Below, piece by piece: positions 26,635 through 34,587 of a DNA stretch of 38,474 bases. The stretch spans positions 1 to 38,474 of the forward strand of contig JBCCQY010000080.1 in assembly GCA_039208735.1 (NCBI GenBank), written 5' to 3'. A model generated the notes under the pieces. That model did not search any database. It saw nothing but the letters and a program-made list of their open reading frames with translations, and had not been told where the DNA came from. Every line of letters begins with the position of its first letter. The stretch's first letter is position 1. The DNA is from Myxococcota bacterium (GTDB taxonomy: Bacteria > Myxococcota_A > UBA796 > GCA-2862545). A program made the position numbers and the translations under genes.

Positions 26635-27386
26635 AGCAGCTCCCGGAACGTGAGACCGAGAGCGGATTCGAGCGCGCTCTGGTGGTTCTTGTTCTTGAAC
26701 GCCTCGTAGGTGACGTCGATGTCGTAGTCACTTCGCATTTGGCGAGAAAAGTCGTCGGTGTACACGAACATGCCCAGGTTCTCCTCCTCTCCGCAGGCCA
26801 CCACGATGGGTCCCTGATTGATGGGAGGCTGGTCGAGCTTGCCAAAGAACAGACCACCATCCCACCAGAACGAGGGACTCGCGATGCCCGCCCGGGTGGC
26901 GAACGGCTCGTCGTACCACAGCGTGCCGCTGAGCAGTCCGCCCAGCGAGTGTCCAAACGTGATCCGCCGACTCGGGTCCCCCCCGGCGCCGTCCTCCTCG
27001 ACGAGCGGGGTGAACTCCTCGAGCACGAAGTCGATAAAGGCGGCTTGGCCTCCTCCGTTGGTGCCTCGCTCGTTCGGGGTCGGCGTGAAGTCCTCGACAC
27101 GATTCGAGCCAGGAATCAATGCAAGAATCGCGGGCTCGGCTCCTTCGTCGAGCGCCAGCCGGAACTGCTCGAGCACCCGAGACTGATTCTCAGGACCGTC
27201 GAAGATGTACACCACCGTCGCCCCTGCCTCCTCCTCGAGGGCATCCGGCGTAAAGATCTGCAGTTCATAGGTTTCGCCAGTGAACTCACTCTTGACCGTC
27301 AACTCCTCGAGGGTGCCCGGTGGGGCCTCCCGCGAGGCGCACGCAGCCGTGAGTACGGTTAGCGTCAAGGCGAGAACTCGTCGCAT
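26631..27386 (-). CDS. Alpha/beta-hydrolase esterase, IroE/BesA-like, lipoprotein
   Basis: GGAGG SD, LTVLTAAC lipobox, VVYIFDG, RVEDFTP, GGGQAAFIDFV, nucleophile elbow GHSLGG, ASPSFWW and catalytic His NHQS. Confidence 0.88.
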   Translation of the reverse strand: MRRVLALTLTVLTAACASREAPPGTLEELTVKSEFTGETYELQIFTPDALEEEAGATVVYIFDGPENQSRVLEQFRLALDEGAEPAILALIPGSNRVEDFTPTPNERGTNGGGQAAFIDFVLEEFTPLVEEDGAGGDPSRRITFGHSLGGLLSGTLWYDEPFATRAGIASPSFWWDGGLFFGKLDQPPINQGPIVVACGEEENLGMFVYTDDFSRQMRSDYDIDVTYEAFKNKNHQSALESALGLTFRELL

Positions 27387-27610
27387 TTCACCTCCAATGT
27401 GCTGGCCACGTGCACAACGAATGCCAGGCCCTGTGAACGGGCGGCCCTGGCCATCTGGCCAGCTCCGTCGGACACCCGTCCTCTTGAGCCGGACACTTGT
27501 CCGAGTCGAACGTGCGGAGGAAGACAACTTCATCCCATCGCGATCGGCGGCAGGTACCGGTGTGGGTACCGTCGATTGACCACCCCGCCGATCCGAGGCA
27601 GGGTGCGAAC

Positions 27611-28249
27611 ATGAGTCCTCTCAAGCGGTTCGAGCGGTTGGAGCCTGAACGTCGGGCGAACATCTTGGACGTCGCAGCCGAGGAGTTCGCGTCCAAGGGG
27701 TACGACAACGCGTCGCTCAATCAGATCATCGCGAAGTCCACGCTCTCGAAGAGTTCCTTCTACTACTACTTCCACGACAAGCTTGATCTGTTCGGTGCCG
27801 TATTGCAATTCGTCTTCGATCCCGACCGGCTGTTCGATTGGGGGACTCTGTACGACGCGAGGACCCCCGCGGAGCTGTGGCAGCGGTTCGAGCTGGCCAT
27901 CGCGGCATCGATGGAGCACACGTCTAGAGAACCTCGGCTGGTGGCGCTCGGGCAGGCGATATCGCAGCTACCGGAAGCACTACGGCAAGAGGGGAGCGTA
28001 GGGGGATTCATGGCGCAGTTCGTGGAGCGGGGCACTCGGGTGTTCACCCACGGACAGGAGATTGGGGCCGTGCGGACCGATCTACCGATCGGCGTGATCC
28101 TGGAACTCGTGACCACGGTGAATTTCGTGGTGTCGCGTCACATCATGGGCCGGTGGTCGGAGAGCGACGGCCATGAGCGTGCCACTCTGATCGCCACGGG
28201 CGTCGATGCGATCCGGAGAGTCGTGGGCCAAAGGGCGCCATCGGATTGA
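27611..28249 (+). CDS. TetR/AcrR family transcriptional regulator
   Basis: RFERLEPERRANILDVAAEEFASKGYDNASLNQII..LSKSSFYYYFHDKLDLF; C-terminal GQEIGAVRTDLP. Confidence 0.92.
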   Translation: MSPLKRFERLEPERRANILDVAAEEFASKGYDNASLNQIIAKSTLSKSSFYYYFHDKLDLFGAVLQFVFDPDRLFDWGTLYDARTPAELWQRFELAIAASMEHTSREPRLVALGQAISQLPEALRQEGSVGGFMAQFVERGTRVFTHGQEIGAVRTDLPIGVILELVTTVNFVVSRHIMGRWSESDGHERATLIATGVDAIRRVVGQRAPSD

Positions 28250-28326
28250 TGCGCCAGTCATGCAGCTTGGAGCCATGTACTGACGGTACAGACTGGTGGT
28301 ACGATGGTCGGGTCTGGAGCAACGCG

Positions 28327-31300
28327 ATGTCGAGTCGACTGATCGTGAGCGAATCGTTTGAGACGTTCCTGCGGCACCTGCGGTCGCCCGTGGTGTGGTT
28401 CATCTACACCGGGCTGCTGGCCTACCTGGTGCTTGTGTTCACGAGTGCTGAGTACGTGCAGAACATGGGAGCCTCGGGGCTCGCGCGGAACAGCCCCTAC
28501 GTGGTCTACATCATGTCTGCGAGCCAGGCGTTCTGGCTGTATTTCGCCTGGGCGTGGATGTTCTCGTCCTCGGTCACGCGGGACCGCGCGGCCCAGCTGC
28601 AAGAGGTAGTATTCGCCTTGCCCGTGTCGTTATCGGGCCTCATGGCGGGCCGATTCCTGGGCACCCTGGGGGCCGCGGCGCTGCTCGGGACCGCAGGCCC
28701 TCTGGGCACGCTGATCGTGCATCCGATGGCCGCTATCGGGCTGCTGCCCGAGAGTGTGGTCGGCCCGATCGCCTGGGGGGTAATGGCGCACGCCTGGCTG
28801 CTCATTGTGGTGCCCTCCGCGATCGGAGCCGGTGCGTTGTACCAGTGGGCCGCGTTTCGAACCCGCAGTGCGGCTGGCCCCTTCGTGGTCGCGGGGGTGC
28901 TGTCGGCCCTGTGGATGATCGCGATGGTGGTGTTGCGGGCTGGTGACGTCGACGTGGTGGTCGCGAGTGTGCTCGATCCCACCGGCTATGCCGAACTCGA
29001 AGAGCAGCTCGACGCCTGGACACCGGCGCAGAAGGCCTCGTCTTACCTGACACTCACGCTCCCCTTGCTCGCCAATCGGGTGCTCTGGGGCCTGCTTCCG
29101 GTGGGAGGGTTGGCGATGTCGCTAGCCGGCTTGGACCGGGAAGATCTGTTGGTCGGAACGGCGCGTGCTCGGCCTCATCCCTCGGAGACGAGGCGTGTTT
29201 CCATGGCCGGGGGCCCGACACCCGAGCGGCCGGTAAGGTCCGCGTGGCTCACCGCGACGGCCCTGGAGGCAGGGTGGCAGCTGAGACAGTCGGTAGGGTC
29301 CCGGGGAGCCCTGATGCTGTTCGGCTTCATGTTCCTGTCGACCTTCGCGAGCGTCTTCGTGCATGTGGTGGGGCACGTGGAAGGGCCGTTGCACCCACGC
29401 CCCGAGCTGCTTACGGGCCTGCTGCTCCGCTCCTCATTCGTGGTGACCCTGTTTCTTATCGCCGGCTTCGTGGGAGGCGTGGTTCGCCGCGACGAGCGCC
29501 CCGGTTTCGATGAGATGGTCGCGGCTACGGTCGCGCCCCTGCCGGTCCGGGTGATGGGCCGGTTCGCAGCAGCGACCGTGCTGACCTTGATGTTCGTGTC
29601 GATTCCCATGGGTGCGGGCCTGCTCGCCACCGCAGTCTCCATCCCCGAGGCGCTCTCCGTCGCGACCCCGCTGCGGCATGCGCTGGTTGCCTACGCCCCC
29701 GCCATGCTGGAGATGTGTGTGATCGCCTTCGTGATCCACGTGGCGATCCGGCACGCGGGCACCGCCTATGCATTGTCGATGCTGGCGGCCTTCGTGCTGG
29801 TATCGAACGAAGACATCGGGGTGGTGGAGTATCCACCTGCCTTGGTAGGGATTCCGACCGATCTCGCACTGTCGGAACTCGTCGGATGGGCTCCCTTCTG
29901 GGAACTGCTCGCAGGGCTAGGCGTGGTCAAGGCCGCGGTGGTTGCCGCCGGCATCGCGGTGGCATGGATCTTGTGGCGCCGGGGCACCGATCTGTCGGTC
30001 GCCACCCGGGTTGCGGTGGCGATGCGACGAGCGGTAGGCGGTGCCGGCGCGTTGTTGGTGAGTGCCGCAGTAGGCCTGTTGATCGCAGGATGGTTCGCGC
30101 ACCGGCAGCTGGTGACCGTCGGCATCTGGGAGTCGGCGGACGACGCACGGGCGAACGCGGCTCGGTGGGAGGCGGCGTGGATCGGGCAGGCCACGCCGTT
30201 CGAGGTGTCGGGGGGCCACGTCGATTGGGTGCTGTCGCCAGACGACCGAGCGGTGACCGCTACCTGGACGTTGGAGGGAGTGCGAAGTCCCGGGGACACG
30301 CTGGCGATGGAACTCCCGCCGGGTATCCATCGGGTGCGGGCCACGGTGCAGGGGGCGCCCGCCCCGTGGCAGTCGTCCCACGACCATGGCGCGGTGGAAC
30401 TCGGCGACTGTGGGCAGTCCGAGACCGGGTGCACGGTGGTGCTGTCGGTGGAGGCGCAACTGCGGGGGTGGCCCGTCGAGGGGCGCACGCCGTTCATACA
30501 TCCGAGCCAGGCATGGATCCGGTCCACCGATGTCCTGCCTCGTCTCGGGACTGACCCTGAACGGGTCTTGCGAGATCCACGAGCGCGCGAGGCGCACGGG
30601 CTGCCCGCCGAGGTTCCTGGAATCGTGCCGGCGGCGAGCGTGTCGGCACAGGGGGTGGCCCCGGTAGCGACGTGGTCATACACATGGAACGTGCCTGCCG
30701 GCTGGACCGTGGGTGGGCCGGGCCAAATCATGGGCCCGCTGGATGTCGCACTCGCGTGGCGGCCTCACGAGGCCCCCCACACCGAGGTCGATGGGATTGT
30801 GGCCTGGCACGGGGCGAGCCACGAGCACGCCGCGCGCGACATCCTCGACGACGTGTCCACGATGCAGCAGTGTGTACGAACGGCGCTCGGCTCGGCCACC
30901 CCACCGATCTCGGAGGTGCTGCAGGCCCCCCGCCGGCACGAGATGGGGGTGCACGACGGAGTGCTGTGGCTTCCCGAGGACCGCGGGTGGGACGTCTCGG
31001 GGAATGGGCTTGGGCGGTGGCTGCGCCGGTACGATGTGGCTCGCCATGTGGCTGCGGCCACGCTCGTGGCCCGCGCTGCGTTGCGGCGAGAACCCGGTTC
31101 GCGTTGGCTGACCGACGGCGTGGCCGGATGGGTGGGACTTTCTTGTGTGCTGTCGCATGACGGAGACACCGCATGGCGTGCGGTGATGGGACGGAAGGCG
31201 GACGGTGTCGTCCAGGCGCTCGCCTTGCTAGATGCCCCGATCCGAGGTCTGTCGGTCGACGCGGATGCGCCTTGGGTCAGGCGCTACGCGCCGCTTGCCA

Positions 31301-31698
31301 CGTCAAGTTGGGCCGCTTCGGAGGCGTCCGTGCCCGGCATTCTCGATGCAGTGCTCGGCCGTGTCCGAGGCGGCGAACCCCTCAGATCGGCGTTGCGGGC
31401 AGAGGTCGGCGCCGAGGTGGCAGACACGTTGCTGGGCGGCCCGCTGGCGTCGGATGCACGGCTCACGCAGTCGGGAGATGCCGGTGCACTGCGAGCCCAG
31501 GGGGACCGCTTCGAGTGGGTCGAAGGGGGCTGGACGCCGGTGGGTCCGGCAGAGCAGCTCGTGGTGTTCGGTGCCGGCCAGCATCGGTCGGTCCGTCCCA
31601 CCGAGATACTCGATGGCTCCGGCGAGCGCACGGTGCTGGATGCGTGGCCCTCTTTCGAACGAGCCATCGACGACAACGTGTGGCCCCCGGCGCCGTGA
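28327..31698 (+). CDS. ABC-2-type permease (two TM blocks) fused to a degenerate M1-aminopeptidase-like ectodomain
   Basis: Two repeated permease blocks (NSPY..RDR..LQEVVFALPV..GRFLG and RDE..FDEMVAATV..GRFAA; LDPTG..W; LLANRVLW), then a large soluble domain whose expected zinc-binding segment reads YDVARHVAAA...PGSRWLTDGVAGW. GGAG SD before ATG 28327. Confidence 0.8.
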   Translation: MSSRLIVSESFETFLRHLRSPVVWFIYTGLLAYLVLVFTSAEYVQNMGASGLARNSPYVVYIMSASQAFWLYFAWAWMFSSSVTRDRAAQLQEVVFALPVSLSGLMAGRFLGTLGAAALLGTAGPLGTLIVHPMAAIGLLPESVVGPIAWGVMAHAWLLIVVPSAIGAGALYQWAAFRTRSAAGPFVVAGVLSALWMIAMVVLRAGDVDVVVASVLDPTGYAELEEQLDAWTPAQKASSYLTLTLPLLANRVLWGLLPVGGLAMSLAGLDREDLLVGTARARPHPSETRRVSMAGGPTPERPVRSAWLTATALEAGWQLRQSVGSRGALMLFGFMFLSTFASVFVHVVGHVEGPLHPRPELLTGLLLRSSFVVTLFLIAGFVGGVVRRDERPGFDEMVAATVAPLPVRVMGRFAAATVLTLMFVSIPMGAGLLATAVSIPEALSVATPLRHALVAYAPAMLEMCVIAFVIHVAIRHAGTAYALSMLAAFVLVSNEDIGVVEYPPALVGIPTDLALSELVGWAPFWELLAGLGVVKAAVVAAGIAVAWILWRRGTDLSVATRVAVAMRRAVGGAGALLVSAAVGLLIAGWFAHRQLVTVGIWESADDARANAARWEAAWIGQATPFEVSGGHVDWVLSPDDRAVTATWTLEGVRSPGDTLAMELPPGIHRVRATVQGAPAPWQSSHDHGAVELGDCGQSETGCTVVLSVEAQLRGWPVEGRTPFIHPSQAWIRSTDVLPRLGTDPERVLRDPRAREAHGLPAEVPGIVPAASVSAQGVAPVATWSYTWNVPAGWTVGGPGQIMGPLDVALAWRPHEAPHTEVDGIVAWHGASHEHAARDILDDVSTMQQCVRTALGSATPPISEVLQAPRRHEMGVHDGVLWLPEDRGWDVSGNGLGRWLRRYDVARHVAAATLVARAALRREPGSRWLTDGVAGWVGLSCVLSHDGDTAWRAVMGRKADGVVQALALLDAPIRGLSVDADAPWVRRYAPLATSSWAASEASVPGILDAVLGRVRGGEPLRSALRAEVGAEVADTLLGGPLASDARLTQSGDAGALRAQGDRFEWVEGGWTPVGPAEQLVVFGAGQHRSVRPTEILDGSGERTVLDAWPSFERAIDDNVWPPAP

Positions 31699-31779
31699 GG
31701 GGTGCGCCACTACGCGACCCCGCCCACCGTCCACCGCGATCGGGCTGGTTCGGGGTGCGTCGTAGGGTGAGTTGTTGCT

Positions 31780-31798
31780 ATTGAATACCACTTTCGAT
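31780..31798. promoter_or_regulatory. Weak Fur-box-like palindrome (ATTGAATACCACTTTCGAT)
   Basis: AT-rich imperfect inverted repeat about 30 bp upstream of the second MxcI-like gene; resembles ATTGAAAATCATTTTCAAT at 15/19. Confidence 0.45.
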
Positions 31799-31830
31799 AA
31801 GCGTAGGCCCAGCAAAGAAGGGAGACTCTC

Positions 31831-33072
31831 GTGAGATCACGCTGGATGGACCCGCTTCGACTTCTCTGGGCGAGTGCCGCTCTGCTGCTGGGGACGAGCT
31901 GCGCTGGCGATGCGGAGTTCCCGCCCCATCAGACCCCCGATGACGGCCCGCTGTATTTGGTTTCCGGAGCGGTCCCCACCGTCGACAGCACGATCTCGGT
32001 CTTTGCCCTCGTCCCGTCGCTCGACGCCTCCGTCACACCGGACCTCGAGACAAGTGCCTCTGTGGACGGATTTGCGGTCGCGCTCGCCACGGACGGCGCC
32101 GGCTCCATCTTCGTCGCGGCTGCGGAGTCCGGCGAGATCGTGAAGTGGACGCTCGGTGATGACGGCCTGTTCCCCGGGTCACGGTTGAGCCTCCAGGGGT
32201 TCGGCATCACGAGCGCCGTGGCGGGGAAGGTGGTCATCCTCTCGCCCACCAAGGCCTACTACATCCCGATTCAGCAAGCGCGGGAGATCATCGTCTTCGA
32301 TCCACAGACGATGACGATCACGGGGCAGTTCGAACTCGGCCTTCCGGCCATCGAGGGCTTCGCTACCGTCACCGTACCCGACACGTTCGTGTTGCGTGAC
32401 GATGGAACGCTGGTGATCTCGACGTTCTACAGCTCCGACTACGGGCTCGTGTTCGGGGACCGGGTCGTGGTGACGGCCATCGACACGGCGTCCGACGAGG
32501 TCACGGCGTCCGACGAAGACGACCGCTGTGGCGCCTCCTGGTTCATGCAAGAGGCCACCGACGGAACCCTCTACATCAGCGGACACGTTCCTCACGAGGT
32601 CTACCGCACGTTCGACAGTCGAGCGGGCGCCGAGGTCTGCCAGCTGCGGGTGCTTCCTCCCGGCAGCGAATTCGACGATGGCTACTTCGTGGACCTGAGC
32701 ACCCTGACCGGCGGACGCCCCACAGGCGACTTCCTCCTAATCGATGACGACACGGCCGGGATCCTGGCCTTCCACGAGGAGGACGCCACCCCCTCCGACG
32801 ACATCTTCGAGTACACCTTTCAGAACGCGTACCGGTGGTACCTCTGGGACTTCGACGACGCCGAGGCGACGCTCGTACAAACCGGCAACCCGGGCTCGGT
32901 GGCTGGCCGACGCTTCTTCATCGACGACGTCTGGTACTTCCAGGAGGAGAACCTGGTGGACCTCGAGGGACGAAATGACTCCACCCTCCTTACGCTCGCG
33001 GCGGACGGCGACTTCTCGCGCGGACTCACGTTTCCGGGCGGTCAGATCCGGAATGTCCTCCGCCTGCGGTGA
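31831..33072 (+). CDS. Second MxcI-like (beta-propeller) lipoprotein
   Basis: GGGAG SD; LLLGTSC lipobox; GPLYLV, SRLSLQGFG, SPTKAYY, VFDPQTMTITG, DDRCG and CQLRVLPPGSEFDDGYFVDLSTLTGGRP; C-terminal GLTFPGGQIRNVLRLR parallels GITLPGYVYTVLRFR of 21555..22799. Confidence 0.8.
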   Translation: MRSRWMDPLRLLWASAALLLGTSCAGDAEFPPHQTPDDGPLYLVSGAVPTVDSTISVFALVPSLDASVTPDLETSASVDGFAVALATDGAGSIFVAAAESGEIVKWTLGDDGLFPGSRLSLQGFGITSAVAGKVVILSPTKAYYIPIQQAREIIVFDPQTMTITGQFELGLPAIEGFATVTVPDTFVLRDDGTLVISTFYSSDYGLVFGDRVVVTAIDTASDEVTASDEDDRCGASWFMQEATDGTLYISGHVPHEVYRTFDSRAGAEVCQLRVLPPGSEFDDGYFVDLSTLTGGRPTGDFLLIDDDTAGILAFHEEDATPSDDIFEYTFQNAYRWYLWDFDDAEATLVQTGNPGSVAGRRFFIDDVWYFQEENLVDLEGRNDSTLLTLAADGDFSRGLTFPGGQIRNVLRLR

Positions 33073-33485
33073 GAGGTCATGGTCCGTCCCTCAACAGCCC
33101 CTCGACCTCGAGGACCTTGCGGCTCGCCATGGACGCCTCGCCACCCCGGCGAAGCCAGGAGAGTCCTCTGGCGCACGTGATGCGCGCGCTCGGGGTCGAG
33201 CTGGTGGGCCACGGCCAACGCCTCCGCTTCGTCGAGCCAGCGGGTCACGTCGTAGCCGCCTCCGTCCATCCGGGATTGGGCTACATTCGTCAGCACGATG
33301 ACCAGGTTCCGGGTCTCTCCCGTGCGCCGCTTCTCCTCCGCCCAGGCCTCGTAGATCGCCGACGCTTCCTGATGACGGCCCTCAGCACTCGCCACGGCCG
33401 CGAGGAGTCCCTCGGCTTGGGTGCGTCGGGACGCCAGGTGTCCTTTGGCCAGGGGCTCGCGCAAGCTTTGCTTGCCGCTGATCAC
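33042..33485 (-). pseudogene. Isolated TPR fragment, probable gene remnant
   Basis: AEGLLAAVASAEGRHQEASAIYE..GETRNLVIVLTNVAQSRMDGG..WLDEAEALA is TPR-like. The flanks lose protein-like character and the ORF runs into the convergent gene. Confidence 0.45.
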
Positions 33486-33633
33486 CGCTGGCCTTCGGCG
33501 CTACGCGCCTGCAGGCCGACGCGGTTCAGCTTTCGTCGCTGACGCTCCTGCAAGCTGATCACCGTTCACGTCCTCGGCAGCCGCGTCGACCTTGTCGATT
33601 GGTCGAGCTATCGTCCGGCATCTGAGGTGAGCG

Positions 33634-34587
33634 ATGTTGGCCTTTTGGGCAATTGCATGTGGACTCTTCGGCCCCGATTACGGGCCCTACAACTCCATTG
33701 TGCGCTTGCAGCGGTCCGCCGTGGAAGCATCCCCCTGTGACAGCACTGTCGTCAGGGCGCTTGTCGGGACGCTCGAAAAGGTCGACGTGCCAGCTGCCCT
33801 CGAAGCTTACCGCGCGTACGAAGGCGGCTGCGAAGACCGCGAGCAAGGATTGACAAGCCTCCATGCAGAGCTGGAGCGAACTGACGGCGATCTCGAACTC
33901 GCCCTTGCCCTCGGACAACGCCTATTCGAGGCGAAGCCGACGCGTGTTCGGGCGACCTTCCTGGCCAAAGTCCTCGACAAGCTTGAGCGGACTGCGGAGG
34001 CCTTGGCCTGGCGTCGGCAGGCCGTGGGCTTAGATCCAAAGAATGGGCCCGCACTCAAGAAGCTGGCCAAGACCGAGGAGGCATCGGGGTCTCCCTGCTC
34101 GGCATACGTCCGTTGGCGCCAGCTTCGGGTGGTGGATTGGCTCTCCCGCGGAGAGGCGAGTGTCCAGGCCGAGCGGCTTCTCGAGCTACCCGCCTGCGCC
34201 AACATGGTCATGGAGGGAACAGACTCCGTACGCTCCGAACTTCTACGCCGAGCGTTTGTGTTTCCGGTCGAATTCGGCGATTCGTCCATCGATCTCATGA
34301 CGGACAGCGCCTCTGCCTGGACCTACGCAACCAAAGACGTTCTGAAAGGCGTGGTCACCGAAGACCTTGGCCAAGAACTGTCGTTCAAGACAGCCTGGGG
34401 CCACCTGAAGGGGGACCTGAAGCGGGTAGACCAGCTCCGCATCGGCGCAGTCCAAATCCACAACGTCCAGTTGGTTGTGGTGCCCCGCCTCATGGGCGGC
34501 CTCGAGGGCGCGCTCGGTCGCAATGTGTTGGCGCGAATATCACTTCGGCGCGAGGTCGATGATCGTTGGACGGTGACCGCTGACTGA
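33634..34587 (+). CDS. Lipoprotein with TPR region and C-terminal retropepsin-like (aspartyl protease) domain
   Basis: GAGGTG SD, MLAFWAIAC, TPR ALAWRRQAVGLDPKN, and C-terminal DLMTDSASAWT, LRIGAVQIHNVQLVV, GALGRNVL. Confidence 0.75.
   Translation: MLAFWAIACGLFGPDYGPYNSIVRLQRSAVEASPCDSTVVRALVGTLEKVDVPAALEAYRAYEGGCEDREQGLTSLHAELERTDGDLELALALGQRLFEAKPTRVRATFLAKVLDKLERTAEALAWRRQAVGLDPKNGPALKKLAKTEEASGSPCSAYVRWRQLRVVDWLSRGEASVQAERLLELPACANMVMEGTDSVRSELLRRAFVFPVEFGDSSIDLMTDSASAWTYATKDVLKGVVTEDLGQELSFKTAWGHLKGDLKRVDQLRIGAVQIHNVQLVVVPRLMGGLEGALGRNVLARISLRREVDDRWTVTAD

Noticed and set aside
30766..30780. HEAPH, a formal HExxH match in the ABC/M1 fusion
   Set aside because: Contains Pro and lies in a strand/loop region well upstream of the homologous zinc-binding helix; probably chance.
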